From Adineta vaga (Eukaryota > Animalia > Rotifera), in the NCBI GenBank assembly GCA_021613535.1, contig CP075494.1:1302001-1366000 (forward strand): a DNA stretch of 64,000 nucleotides. The letters run 5' to 3'. Position numbers and translations under genes: made by a program. Below the pieces are notes generated by a model that saw nothing but the letters and a program-made list of their open reading frames with translations, was not told where the DNA came from and did not search any database. Position 1 is the first letter of the stretch; every line of letters begins with the position of its first letter. Shown one piece after another: positions 49,201-61,585 of the stretch.

Positions 49201-51013
49201 TTATGATCGATCAATAAATCAACGTTCAATTTGTATTTGTCCAATAGATAAATGGGGTCCACGATGTTTAATTTCTGATGAAATATGTTCTTTAAATAAT
49301 CCATGTCAAAATAATGGTACATGTATACCTTATGATCAACATGTTTCACCTCGAAATACATTTCAATGTATTTGTTCAAAAGAATTTTATGGACAACGAT
49401 GTGAATATATATCATTTAAAATAATTTTATCATTTTCAAATCATATTAATATACCTGAAACAATGTTAATTCATTTTATTCAAGTGAAAAATCGTGAAGA
49501 ACCAGAAAAAGGTATTATTTTCAAAAAAATTCCAATTAATCGAGATTCAATAATTATTTATTGGCCTAAAACTGTTCATATAAGTTTTGTTGAATTATTT
49601 CTTAATCAATATTATTTAATTTTTCTTGAAGAAAATGCCAATCAAACTCATATTATTAAAAAACAAATTCAATCATCTGATTATTGTCCACATATTCGTG
49701 AAATATTTAACGAAACCTTTGCACAACTTCATCTTATTCGTCGTATAAAATTTTATCATTTTATCTGTAGAAATTATTCCAAAGAATTGTCATGTTTTTA
49801 TGATGATATTTATATTTGTTTTTGTATTCAATTTAATAATCAACGACAAGTTAATTGTTTAGAATTTAATCATACATTAAAACGTGATTGTTCAGGTAGA
49901 AGTATTTGTGAAAATGGTGGTCAATGTTTACAAGATAGTTCAATTTGTCCACAAACATCAATGTGTATTTGTCCATTATGTTTTTATGGATCACAATGTG
50001 AATTGACTTCAAATGGACATAGTCTTTCACTTGATGCTATTCTTGGTTATCATATACAACCATTTATTTCTCTAAAACAACAACCAATTATTGTTCAAAT
50101 AAGTCTTATTTTAGTTGTAATTATTACTTTAATAGGAATGATTAATGGTATTTGTTCTTTTATGACATTTAAACAAAAAGAATTAAAAGAAACTGGTTGT
50201 GGAATTTATCTTTTTAGTTCATCAATAACAACATTATTTATTACAAATATATTTTTCATGAAATTTCTCATACTTATTATATCACAAATAACTTATGTGA
50301 CAAATATTTTATTTTTACAAATTCAATGTCATAGTATTGATTATTTAATAAGAATTGGTTTAAATTTCGATCAATGGTTAAATGTATGTATAGCTGTTGA
50401 ACGTGCTATTACAGTTATAAATGGAATTCATTTTAATAAGAAGAAAAGTGTTAAAACTGCTAAATATGTTATCATTATTCTTATTATTGTCATTATTAGT
50501 TCAAATATTATTGATCCAATTCATCGACGTCTTATTATGATTGATAATAATGATGAAAAAAGAATTTTATGTGTTCTTGATTATTCATCAACTATTCAAA
50601 AATATAATATAATAGTGAATATTTTTCATTTTTGTTTACCTTTTATTATTAATCTTATATCAATATTAATTATTATTATTAATGGTGCTCATTTAAAATC
50701 ATCTCTACAAACGAGACAATCATATAAAACACATTTAATTGAACAATTTCAACAACATCGTCATCTTTTAATTTCATCATTTTCATTATCTATTTTAGGT
50801 ATACCACGTTTAGCTATTATGTTTTCTGAAGGTTGTATGAAGACAAATGCTGATTCTTGGTGGTTTCTTTGCGGATATTTTATTTCATTTTTCCCACCAA
50901 TGCTTAATTTTGCCATATTTGTTCTGCCATCAAAAGTCTACACAAAACACTTTTACATTTCTATTGCTTATTATCGAAAATTTGTCCGACGAAGAATATA
51001 TCCTATGCCATAA
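46202..51013 (+). CDS. Giant intronless LDLa/EGF-repeat 7TM GPCR (1603 aa)
   Basis: Signal peptide; LDLa repeats (CDG..QC..G.DE, CNGYWDCYDGADE, DCLGGTDE); EGF repeats (CLCP.NYYG.HCQ, CQNNGTC, CENGGQC); C-terminal 7TM with GCGIYL and AVERA. Confidence 0.92.
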   Translation: MMLIFLKIFFDFMIICLHVSSYEINLELTDWTSNINEINMDLQHDCLYISMSIEPQTISWHLEHYNITRNFRQMTSLCLSEWPSTWKIQDNTQDQQFTFSRLADLNITSLQLYYWSAPIDIIESYQFYLNQLSTSNDLSLSKTIFYNCTSPRFGPQCQYSFPFRTKQKLSSVHELIHRFYIALGYPVDDLICYDHLQCYFGSTLLCLDWNQICDGFIQCTSGIDENYCWQMEINECKENEYRCRNGQCIPLVFFDDNPIAAECLDRSDTKEKFDWNIELREKFDYLRPVFLNEEVLIFNGTAHFGSYFEVRNRRAFFVHYMMLEQTHSMSNTCWLSLYCYLGFEIQMDKICHEICSNEHCQEMMNESCADMFYLPSVPIAFGHIYLAYSKQYLIQQKIWTNAPEYICYNEQLCGGFNSNEEILYFNNSLCRRVQDILPNVISDRDAIQMIWNYIHQVSMYLTKCNTILQNDTIICDNQTMYQCLNSSKCIGKIRIFDQFQDCDYGDDEDIQNKILINEICLNEQSSTHFICPNTNKCISRKLIRNSQCDCEYLDIEHLICPDEDIEKKSIREIISFPTICNGFNDLSPIIIDGQNYTDETECDQWICNNPYTRCNGYWDCYDGADEIDCQQFLLDLNCSNHSFLCISSLTHKFICLSMEKGNDGHIDCLGGTDEPHLCRYNTQIYDNGFYCKSSQTLLPICIQRHEICYTNVTCSNMEMSKLCKMNFEQNMFRTGVCDRGNFAILNTIDMRICYLFRFTPRHEIQHFSLVEIKSIYRDEERIPIPVDTLIDIFDPVREHCYRGVPLTVTLDLNKNFFYTTCLCPPNYYGTHCQYQNERVSFTMKLQTFSDSWQIQFLLIISLIDNSYERIIHSYEQITYFPIENCQTSFDIYLIYSNRPKNQTKHYSIHIDIYEKLSLNYRGSFLIHIPFLFLPVQRIASLLNIPYKNYPMKNCFLNECLHGECIRYFQNDKTFCKCFSGWTGQFCTIKYQCNCSLDSICYDRSINQRSICICPIDKWGPRCLISDEICSLNNPCQNNGTCIPYDQHVSPRNTFQCICSKEFYGQRCEYISFKIILSFSNHINIPETMLIHFIQVKNREEPEKGIIFKKIPINRDSIIIYWPKTVHISFVELFLNQYYLIFLEENANQTHIIKKQIQSSDYCPHIREIFNETFAQLHLIRRIKFYHFICRNYSKELSCFYDDIYICFCIQFNNQRQVNCLEFNHTLKRDCSGRSICENGGQCLQDSSICPQTSMCICPLCFYGSQCELTSNGHSLSLDAILGYHIQPFISLKQQPIIVQISLILVVIITLIGMINGICSFMTFKQKELKETGCGIYLFSSSITTLFITNIFFMKFLILIISQITYVTNILFLQIQCHSIDYLIRIGLNFDQWLNVCIAVERAITVINGIHFNKKKSVKTAKYVIIILIIVIISSNIIDPIHRRLIMIDNNDEKRILCVLDYSSTIQKYNIIVNIFHFCLPFIINLISILIIIINGAHLKSSLQTRQSYKTHLIEQFQQHRHLLISSFSLSILGIPRLAIMFSEGCMKTNADSWWFLCGYFISFFPPMLNFAIFVLPSKVYTKHFYISIAYYRKFVRRRIYPMP

Positions 51014-51051
51014 ATCAGGGTGTGGGTCTTCTCTTCTATCATCCACACCCT

Positions 51052-51948
51052 CTATGCCATTCTTGCTACACCGACGACATTGGTTGCTTTTTTTAGTTTT
51101 CTTGTTAAGAATCTTTTAAGTAATTCAGTAAATTGAAATAAAATAATCATTATTAATGTATATGCTGAATCAACAAATATATAAGCAATTCGAAAATGAT
51201 ATACTGGTGGATTAGTGAATAATGACATAATAACAAAGATTTCATATGGAAAACAAATCAATGTTAAAATCGTAACAAGTACCACTAATCGTTTAACCAT
51301 TTGTAATTCCTTTTTAGCGCGAGAGTAAATAGCTACAGATATGACACGTTTACTCATTTGATGAACATATCGAATTAATTTAATATAAGTAAATATAACT
51401 GATAGAATTGGAATTGTATAAGTACAAGATGACATATAAATTATAATAAATGAACGTTGAAGTGGTAATTGACATATTTGATTGTCAATATTATAAATAA
51501 TTTTATTATTAAATAAAAAAGGAAAAGGATAAATAAAACTAAATATCCATGTTATAATAATAAGTAAAATTTGAAATTTTAATGATTGTAAAAATAAACG
51601 AGTTGGATAAACAACTATGATATATCGATATATTGCTTGTAATAAAAATGAAAAATTTAATGCTGCACATGTGACATAACCAATATAAGCACGAACAATA
51701 CAAAATATATCTTGATATTCGATTTGTTTTAAATCATTTATAATTGTGAAAATACGCATGTAAAATACATTCAATCCGAAAAATAATCCAACTGAATATG
51801 TATTAGCAATTAATATCATAGGAACTGTATGACATGTTTTATCAATAATGATAATAGATAAACAAATAAGACAAAAAATACTTCCGAAAATAGTACATAT
51901 AATCATAAAAATATCAAAAGGTATAAACCATGGTTCAATCATTGTCAT
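51052..51948 (-). CDS. Small rhodopsin-like 7TM GPCR (~298 aa)
   Basis: Seven hydrophobic segments, QAIYRY (TM3), C..QLP loop, CFPY (TM6); likely ATG at 51948. Confidence 0.85.
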   Translation of the reverse strand: MTMIEPWFIPFDIFMIICTIFGSIFCLICLSIIIIDKTCHTVPMILIANTYSVGLFFGLNVFYMRIFTIINDLKQIEYQDIFCIVRAYIGYVTCAALNFSFLLQAIYRYIIVVYPTRLFLQSLKFQILLIIITWIFSFIYPFPFLFNNKIIYNIDNQICQLPLQRSFIIIYMSSCTYTIPILSVIFTYIKLIRYVHQMSKRVISVAIYSRAKKELQMVKRLVVLVTILTLICFPYEIFVIMSLFTNPPVYHFRIAYIFVDSAYTLIMIILFQFTELLKRFLTRKLKKATNVVGVARMA

Positions 51949-52361
51949 CAAGGAATAAAAGCACAAAAAAAATAAGATATACGTTGTCAACTTTCTCTCA
52001 AAAAGTTGATTAGACTCGTTGATCTGAATATAAATATAATCTTAGGACTTTTTTTTTACTTCCGATTAGGAAGCATGACTTGACGTCAAAGAGATAATTA
52101 TGCTTTGTCATTACCTTGGTTTTGTGCAAACATTTCACCGTATTAGAAATGTGATTTATTAAATATATTGTGAATTCAGTTGGACAATATATGACACAGA
52201 ACTATAATGATAAATTAATTTGAGGGTGGGTGTGAGTGTTTTGAGGATATGGATGTGACAGTATGCTATAGGATCTATTAGTTTCATTTGTTTGTATTAA
52301 TCAACATAAAATACAAGAAAATTTCTTTATTATCATGATTTTAAATAGGATACATATATAT

Positions 52362-54362
52362 TTAGAAATTACTGTAACTATGACGTGTTCTGTTTCGAAC
52401 ACGGTAAACAATAAAAGCAACAGCGATGAGTATTACAACCACAAAACTTGCAATAGAGATGCTCATTGTGGTATTATAACTTTTCGATGTAGATGAAGTT
52501 GTCGTGGATGTATATGAATACGGCATGTTTGTTAAGGTGATAACCGATTTTGTTTGATTTTTGATTGAAATGGGAAAAAATGGTGGTATAACGATAGATG
52601 GTAACTGTTGAATGTCCGGTAATTCTTCAAATTTTAAACACACATATAATGGACAATCATTTTCAAGGGCACCCATAACATATGGACTATAACCGTCAGA
52701 ACAGTCTTTTTCAGTTGAAGGAAGTAGAACATTTCCTTGAGAACACGAAAACATACCACCATAATGTGGTAAATTGCTAGTATCTATCACTTGATCAGCT
52801 AAACATATTATTAAATCAGTCGTCAGTTGAACCGTTTTAAATTGATCATTAGGACATTTATGAGTTCCTGTTATTGGATTGACTCGTACTGATGTATATG
52901 AGCCACCATAAACATATCTATTGGAAATCGATAAAAGTCCTGATCTTGAATCACGAAGCATCATTTTGCTACTTGTGCAAACATATAGTTTTAGTTCACG
53001 TCGACCAATACCATCAGGAATGGTATTACAACGGCGTTTCCCATGCCAATTACGACTGCATTCTTCTCTATATACAGTTTCCGTTTGAATTGATTCATGA
53101 AGAAGATATTTATTAAAATTTATTGGACATTCTTCCGTTTGCGTATAAAAATTATTCATATTGTATTGATTACATTTTCTAAATTCAACAAAAATAGAAA
53201 ATTAATAAATATTTTCTATGTAGTTAACTTACTGTGGTAAACGACGATCCTCAGTACAAGTACGAATAAATCCTCCAAATTGTGTATTAATTCCAGCCGG
53301 TGCACAAGAACCATCATCAGTATTAGCAATCCAATTGAATGATGGTGAATTTCGATTCATACACCCACTGTATACATTCATTTGAATATATGTTTCAATT
53401 GCTTGGTCAATTTTGTTTCGTACACGCATTAGAGCAACGTCAGATAATTCCGGAATTCTATGTGAATCCATAAACAACGTTATATTTTCTACAGCACGTC
53501 GAACAATAACTGGATTGGATTCAACTGATGTTTGCCAAGTAGCCATTGAATTATCTACTAAAGAGACTTTACCACCTCTGGTATGAATCATTTTACGTCT
53601 GATCGTTTCCTTCAGTGCTTCTGTACTATTATCGATATTTGTTGAACTCGAAGAAAATTTTCCCGAGATACTAAATGTATTCACAAACGATGCTTCAACT
53701 GTTGCATGATAACTACGTCTAGTTTCTTCACTCGATTGATAATCACTTTTATATATAAAATCTTCTTCTATAATTGAACCACCTAAATGTATACGAGTGG
53801 TTACATGTGTTCCATAATTTTTAACGAACATTTGTGCAGCATATGTAGCCATTTCTGGATGTTCATTTTCCAAATATTCTGAGATTTCAATAAGATCATT
53901 TTTAACCTGTGGATTCAATGGACATGATGATTTCAGTAAGACATCAACCATAAGATAATCAATTTGATTACGAAGTGTTATTGTTTGTTCTATTCCTTGT
54001 TGTTTTTTAACATTTTGATATTCAGATGAATAAGAACCACCGATTCGAAATGTTAAATAACCACCTTTAGCACTAATCATTATATTTGATGAATAATCAT
54101 TTGTTCGAGAGTCAAATATATCAATAAATTCAGATCCTAATGATATTTTATTCTGACGAATCGGAATCATTTCTACACATGATCGAAATATCAATGAATC
54201 ATTAAAATTTGATATATCATACATCGGATTCATATCCATAAACCGTAAATCATCCCAACCATAACCTGGGTAAATATTAATTTTGAGCGATTTATCTCCA
54301 TCACCATCAGCTTGAACTCGAAAGATATAGAGTAGAATAAAAAATAACATTTGAAAGCTCAT
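52362..54362 (-). CDS. MPEG1: MPEG1/Perforin-2-like MACPF pore-forming protein, 648 aa (exons 54362-53233, 53178-52362)
   Basis: Signal peptide; PGYGWDDLR; YGTHV....LGG MACPF signature; GCMN..SPSFN..AN.DDGSC; NPITG..KCP, FSC..GN P2 domain; C-terminal TM; 54-nt intron restores the frame. Confidence 0.9.
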
Positions 54363-54863
54363 TGTATTCTAAGAAAATCAACTTGTATTTTATGAGTTTA
54401 GTTTTTTAGCTTTTTATACTGAATCACAAAGGAAGTAAATTTTTCATCGAAAGAAATTTATCACAATTGCAATAATAGATACGAAATAAACATGATATTC
54501 ATCTTCACTCTTCTTTGCACTTGAGAAGATTTCGTCTATTGTCAACATTAAATGCGTTAAAACAGAGATAGTATGATAACATCATTATGTTCTGAAGACA
54601 AAAGTCTCATAGATTAACTGCGATGTAACTCAGCAAATATCATATATGATAAGAAATTAAGAATGATTCATTATATCAACTCATGTGGCAATGGAACAGA
54701 AAAATTGTTATGAGTCATCGGATGACTAGAGATTTTATAATCATAAAAGTCTTGAGAAAAATCCGAATTTAAGTTAGTAGAATTCGATTTCACTCGTTCC
54801 TTAATTGACATCTATCAGATAACATCAATCTTCACTGCTATCCACACTCTCAAGGTGTCAATG

Positions 54864-57024
54864 TTAGTCTTGTAATGTAGTTGTTATAAAATTGAATACT
54901 TTTGTAGAACTACTGGTTACATTGATGTTAGGTCCTTGTATTGTTGCCGCCCATTGTTGATGATGGGATTTATTTCGACAGTAAACAGTAATTGGAAGAG
55001 ACGGTTGTATTTTTCGACAATCTCGTACAAAACCTTCTCCATCATCAGCTCCATTTGTAATCACCACAGTATTCATTTCTGATTTATTTCTTAATTTAAT
55101 TTTTAAAATATCTAATGCTTCAACACTCGTCTGACATCCATAAATATTGAAGGCATATTTTTCTCTCATTTTTTTGAAAAGATTAACATTTTCTTCATTC
55201 GTAATTTTAGCATCACGCCAAATAACAAAACGAGATACTTGTAGAAGGCCAATAATATATAATGGCATAATTTGTTCGCTTCTCTTAATAACGTATTCAT
55301 CGAAAACGGAAGTTTCTCCAGGCTGAATAGGACAACCATTATTTCTTATTTGAATATAATGACTATCATAATCGGAATGCATAGGTTTACCAAAAAAACT
55401 AATCCTATCTTTAATCTCCAATGTTTTACCAAGTCGAACAAGACTGCAGAGTAGATAACGCATTTTCGAGTTATCTTTCGCGTAGTTTAATGCTGTTTGT
55501 GGTGAACTACTGAAATAAATTCCTTGTCCATACCAACCTGGATCCGTTCGTTTTGTTCCGAAATAATTTTGAAAATTTGCTTCGAATATCCCATCAAAAT
55601 TAGCAATTTTTGTACCGTGAAACAAAACTCTTTCATTTTGATCTTCAAGTACAAAATTCTGATATTCTTCATAAATTTTTTCATTATAAATAATCGAGAC
55701 GTAATCGATAATATACTCATCTGTACACGATTGAAGTGACTGCATAATAATTGTATGAATATGTCGATTTTTTTCCATTAGTAATTCCCAACAGTTCTTA
55801 TTCATAAGGGCAGGTCGTTTACAAAATTTAAGAGCAGTATCAATCTCATCAAGAGATAAGCAATTACTTCCATCGATAAAATTATTTTTTTCAAAATTTT
55901 CTATTTCAATTTTTATTTTTTCTACTGATACTAAATTCGATGAATTGTGTTTAATGATAAATTGTTCACATTTTGGTAAGATCATAATACTAATTTTAGC
56001 TGCAATTTTCTTTATTTTTTTCCAGAATCGTGTTAGTTTCGGTACTAATTTCAACTTAAATATCGTACTACCTTCGACTACATTTACAATAATCAAATCA
56101 GTTGATTCAATTTCTAAATCATTTGCTAAACATCGAAGATATTCATTCCAATCAAATTGATTTGGTTTAAGTGGTATAGTTACATTTATTGTTGGAAGTG
56201 TATCAATAGATTGTTTGGAGAAAGTTGGTAATGGAATGAATATATTTTGTTCTTTTCTAACTAATTGATCATGTGTGAATGTATTTTTAACTATTTCTGT
56301 CACAATTTCTTTCAAAATAATTGGTTGAATATCTTCTTTCTTTGATGGTGAAGATATATTCATAATTTCCTTCAAATTGATGTGTTCTGGTGATGCAAGA
56401 AAAATATCTTTACCGATATGAAGCGATTTTTCAAGAATTTGTATCAATCTTAAACGTACTTCAGGTAATCTGTCTTTCTCATTCGATGTTTGATAAAGAC
56501 CATTCTCAAAAATCGCTTCATCGGCAATTAATTCACGAAAATCAAACCATAAATAACAATGAGCTGCTGCATACATATTCGCTTGTTGACAAACGTCATT
56601 GATTATCTCTTTAACAGTCATATTTTGATGCACACATACTTTGTAAATAATATTTGTTGGACGAAATCGAACCGAGATAGTATTTATAGAGCCAGATGAT
56701 TCATCCACAATATATTTATTCTCTTCTATAAAACAATGTAACAAAGAACAAATAATAAATGAAACAAATTTATTCTCACCTGATGATGATGGCTGATCAT
56801 TACTGAAGGTGGTAATAGAAGAATGTGTTTCAGTTTTCTCTTCTGTAGATGATTCCAGATGGCTGCTATCAACACGTGCTGCATTCGATTCTTCTATATT
56901 GTTTCTTTTCCCGCTGATATACCAAAAATTGAAAAGGAATTCTGTACAGCATGATTGTCACAATTGTTTTAAAAAAAAACTACCTTCGTGATATAGAATG
57001 CTGTGTAAAAGATCCAGGTATCAT
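54864..57024 (-). CDS. Ubiquitin-like + PARP catalytic domain protein, ~678 aa (exons 57024-56984, 56913-56780, 56725-54864)
   Basis: Ubl-like segment (V..NMTVKEI..VC....L.F....L.D); LFHGT, GWYGQGIYFSS, ALNY, EYVI..EQIMP PARP motifs; two upstream GT-AG exons join in frame. Confidence 0.85.
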
Positions 57025-57662
57025 AGAATTTCTATTATAAGATGGTTTTTGGATTTTGTTGAAAGGTGATTGTGATGTATTACACGGAAGTGATGCTATT
57101 CAGAAGTAAGATACTTATCTCCACACAATATGTATCGGACTATCCCACGGAAAAATTTTTCAACAAATATCGCGGTCATTAACGGTTTATTACTTGCGGT
57201 TTTGAACAGTGGTTTTGCAGCAAAAAATTAATTCATCGTATTAATGGTATATTATTTCTGACATCTATCTGGTAATCTTTAACTTTTCTCTGTTTGTAAC
57301 CTATCCATTATCTTAAGACGGTACTTTAACACTCCAGTTAACTCACTAAATAGAACCATCCAGTGATATTTATACTAATATCAGATATGATAGTCTATCT
57401 AATCAGTGATAAAGAATCTTCTAATTCCTAGTAATTTATATCTCATTTATAATTTTATTAAACTGTCTGAGATATTCATGTTGATGATGAAAATCATTTC
57501 TGGAGTCAAATATACATTTATTAGTATCTTTAGTCAATGAATCGCGGTATTATATGTTACGAAATATGTAGGTGTGTACTTCAAAACACATGAGAATACT
57601 ACTCACTACACTTATCTCGATTTCATCAGTCGAAAAAACAGATTTGTGTCTATCTTTATCTG

Positions 57663-58065
57663 TACACATGCACCAAATCCAAAACCAAAATCAAACCGTT
57701 TGGTAGTTTGAGTTTAGGTTTCGGCGTGGATCGAATACCAGGATCCATCAAATCGTCTGGATTTTGGTATGATTCCTTTCTTTGAAGTCTCTTTTCTTCA
57801 TTGCAAATGATTGTTTGTATATGTCAACAAGCCAAAATATATACTCTTGCTTAGAATTATCAAGTGGGAGATAGCATGAATCCGACACTTGAAAATATGA
57901 AGCACCCGTGCACGTTTTGATTGTGAATATATAAAAACAAGTATTTGCAATGAAGAGAGGAGACTTCAAAGAAAAGAATCATACCAGAATCCAGGCGATT
58001 TGATGGATCTCGATATTTTACCGAAACTCACCAAACCTAAACAGTTTGGGTTTGGTGCAGGTCTA
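57663..58065. mobile_element. Foldback MITE
   Basis: Termini TACACATGCACCAAA / TTTGGTGCAGGTCTA; internal ~67-bp IR 57742-57808 vs 57943-58009; flanks both contain TTTATCT. Confidence 0.7.
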
Positions 58066-58162
58066 TTTTATCTCTAAAATTTTACTATCTCATGGACATA
58101 TTGTTACAAATGATCATCTCAACGAAATCTGACTAATACGCGGACAGACAAAATCGATGAAG

Positions 58163-58308
58163 AAACGACGTTCTTATGTTGGTTTTCTCCAACAAAACGT
58201 ATATTTACTACGTGAAAATTATACTTTTGTGCGTGTACAAAAGTGCATTTTTTCACGTGGTAAATACACGTTTTGTCGGAGAAAGCCAACATAAGAACGT
58301 CGTTTTTC
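58163..58308. repeat. Near-perfect palindrome (~70-bp arms), probable MITE core
   Basis: AAACGACGTTCTTATGTTGG...ACTTTTGT mirrored by ACAAAAGT...CCAACATAAGAACGTCGTTT, centred ~58233. Confidence 0.8.
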
Positions 58309-58490
58309 CTCACAAAGCGCGTTTTTTATCGATTTTATCTGCCTGAATATCTCTGAGATATATTCGTGCCTATTGTAAGTCAATATAATATTAGATTAAT
58401 CTATAACGTCTATTTGAATTTAGTTTAGTAATTTCTCCGCAATTTCACTTTCAGAACAATTATTTTTATCTCAAATAATTTCATTTTTCA

Positions 58491-59080
58491 CGGTGTTTTA
58501 TCTAGGTTTCATTCTTCGGGGTAGGCGGCTGGTTGAGACGATTTCTGATGTAATGCAGAACAATGTAGTAATATGTGTATATATAATCCTTTTTATTCTG
58601 GTAAGAAATCGCACCGGTTTTGTACTTTACTCGTTCTTTGTATAGGACTCAGAAAGATACAGTCTGAAAAATACCAAAAAAAACAAAACATCTTGAGTAA
58701 AAGAAGATATAAATTAAAGTGGAATTCTTCTAACTTATTTAATTTTCCAACAATCAGTAATTAAATCTTTGATATCGTCATCTAAATTAGATGATCCTTC
58801 AATTGATATTTTCATTAATTGTTCCAAATGTATTGTTATTAAACGATTACGTAACGTAAATCAGCTAATATTCTATTAATTGTATTGAAACCACGTTCCA
58901 CTGTTGCTGTACTAATTGGTGCGCATTGGGAAAAGATTACCTACATATCACTGATTGATGTGAGTATCGACCAAACCATCGTGAATAAGACAACGGAGAA
59001 AATATCAATTTTTTTATTGATGAACTTTATATTTTAGGGTGGGCGGCGCCCACCCATGCCGCCCACTAGGTAATACACTG
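58491..59080 (-). mobile_element. Internally deleted hAT retaining a dimerization-domain remnant
   Basis: TIR CAGTGTATTACCTAG vs CGGTGTTTTATCTAG (12/15), degenerate 8-bp flanks; minus-strand PISTATVERGFN...RNRL...LEQLMKISIEG. Confidence 0.65.
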
Positions 59081-60604
59081 CTTTGTCAATAGAAAAAAAC
59101 TGAATCTAATTTCAATCAGAAATATCTTTTTTTAAATTTAACTGTGATTATATGGATCGAAATTGTTGTGATATATCATTATGACAAAAATCACATAAAA
59201 AATCTGACCATATTACTAACACGAAATTATTTAGAACAATGATATATTCGTACATAATGGAAAGATCATAAAATATAATATCGTAATGTATTGTGATTCT
59301 CGAATGCCGCAACTAATCTATGTATTATCTAGCTTTTCTGAAACCGCGTCCTTCAGCGGTATCGACTTAAATATATTTCCGTCGGTATCTTGCTTTATCT
59401 TAGACGTGTGTTGTTTCGCGATAGATGAAACTTTACTCCGAAGTATAAGTCTTTTCCGTTCCGCACCGAAGGAGGATATATAAGAAAAAGGATGGATGTC
59501 GCTACGAGAAATGTTAGAAAACGAGTGGATATTGAACACTGCATAGTGCACGTTGTTCTATAAGAGAAATATATGGCGAGATATGTTGTGTTGATAGATG
59601 AAAAATTTCAAGCACAATTCTCTCTTGTTGTTTTTACAATATTTGGAGTTTTCAGTCTGGAAGGTTCTGAATCAACAACGAGTACGTCCGCTGGCGGTTT
59701 TTAATACAGAAAGAAATAAGACGGCGAAGTTCCCTATGTGGCTGTTAACTGTCTCGTTCACTCTCGATTAGAACTTCACCTTGCGATTACATATATTACT
59801 TCGAGATTTTCTGGGAAAAAAAACTTGAATTTCTATTCGATTAGCCTGGTTAGCTCTAAAAGTATAGATAAATTCTGTCGAGTTGAACCGATAAAATGTT
59901 TTTGGATTGATGAATTGAAGTGACAAATATTTTTCTACTTGGTGATTCTGTAGCAGTTTTATATTAGCTACTGTTTTTCTAAAAAGAATCTTCTGTTCGG
60001 ATTGAATCCAAATATTACGTTAAAAATTTTTTCAAAAATTCATATATACTCCCATCTTCCGACGAGTGTTTGTAAAGACAAATAGCGTAACTTTATCTTT
60101 CTTTCCCACACGCTCATCCTTATAAGTGGAACAATCAATCTTCACGTTCTCTCTATTGGCAGTTTCTTTGATTTCAATAAATTCTTGTTTTATTATATTC
60201 AATGTACTAAAAACTGTGTAATAAAACATTACAAAGATACTGAGGCAAAAAAATCAAAATCTTCATAAAATCTTTTCTAGCACATCATCCTTGATAAAAA
60301 CACGGTCGAAAGAAGAAAATTAATTTTTAATTCGATTCTATCATAATTCATGGCACAGTAGGATGCACCCTCAAAAAAACATGAATACTTTATGTTAATG
60401 GTAATATAACTCAGTTTGATGCGCTCATTTGTATTACTTCCATTAATCATCAGTTTCTCACAAGAAATAATTATGGCGTTATGTGATTTCATGTAATGTG
60501 ATGTACGCATCTGGATGCATATTCACATGAATATAAAAGAAAGCATCTTGACATCATTATATATCGAATAGTTGAAAAAATTAGCCGTACATTTATTTCA
60601 AACA

Positions 60605-61585
60605 ATGAATATAACTTCTATGGAAATATTTGTAGACAAGAATTTTCTTCTTCATCAAATTAAATTTTGGTTAATAATTATTCTACAAATTCCATCAATT
60701 TTAGTTTCTCTACTCATTTTTGTTTTTCTTTTTAAACATCGTTCTATTCTATTTTCTCCACAAACTCAAATTCTTTGTATTCTATTGATGATCAATTTCA
60801 TTCAATTAACATTTAATCTTCCTCTTCCTCTTCATTTCTATCGTCTTGGTTATGTTAGTCCCGCTATTCCAGAATATTGTACAATTTGGATATTCTTCGA
60901 ATTTACATTATATGTAATTAGCGAATATTTAGTGGCAACAATGTCTATTCAACGACATATACTCATTTTCAATAGTCGTATTTTACGTATTCGTTGGAAA
61001 CGTATTTTATTTTATAAATTACCATTATTATTTTGTTTAACTTATCCAATAATATTTTATACATTTGCTATTTTCTTCTATCCATGTGATGGTCGTATTC
61101 CTTATGATTATACTAACAATATATGTGGATTTTCTCCTTGTTATCTTAAGTATGACAAATTTTGGGGAACATATGATTGGACAGTGAATAATGCTTTACC
61201 GATAGTTATTGATATTTTGTCTAATATCTTCTTTATTATACGAGTTGTCGAACAGAAACGCCGTCGTCAACGAAATATATCTTGGCGACAACAAAGACAT
61301 ATGATAAAACAATTATTTTGTATTTCTACTCTTTATATCATTGGATGGGGACCAAGTCTTACTGTTGGAGTTTGTCAAATCTTTGTTGATCCAACTTTTC
61401 TTTCTGAAATTCAATCAGGTTATTTACTTAGTCTTATCTATGGAATATGTCTTTTTCTTCCATGGATGTGTCTTAGTTTATTTCCTGATTTAAAAAAATG
61501 GATTAAAGTGTTATTTCGATATGGACAACATCAGAATTTAGTTGGACCAATAACACATAGAAATCGTATGGAAACAGTTTTATGA
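60605..61585 (+). CDS. Rhodopsin-like 7TM GPCR (~326 aa)
   Basis: Seven TMs, MSIQRHILIF (TM3), CG..PCY loop, IGWGP (TM6), FLPW (TM7); intronless. Confidence 0.88.
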   Translation: MNITSMEIFVDKNFLLHQIKFWLIIILQIPSILVSLLIFVFLFKHRSILFSPQTQILCILLMINFIQLTFNLPLPLHFYRLGYVSPAIPEYCTIWIFFEFTLYVISEYLVATMSIQRHILIFNSRILRIRWKRILFYKLPLLFCLTYPIIFYTFAIFFYPCDGRIPYDYTNNICGFSPCYLKYDKFWGTYDWTVNNALPIVIDILSNIFFIIRVVEQKRRRQRNISWRQQRHMIKQLFCISTLYIIGWGPSLTVGVCQIFVDPTFLSEIQSGYLLSLIYGICLFLPWMCLSLFPDLKKWIKVLFRYGQHQNLVGPITHRNRMETVL

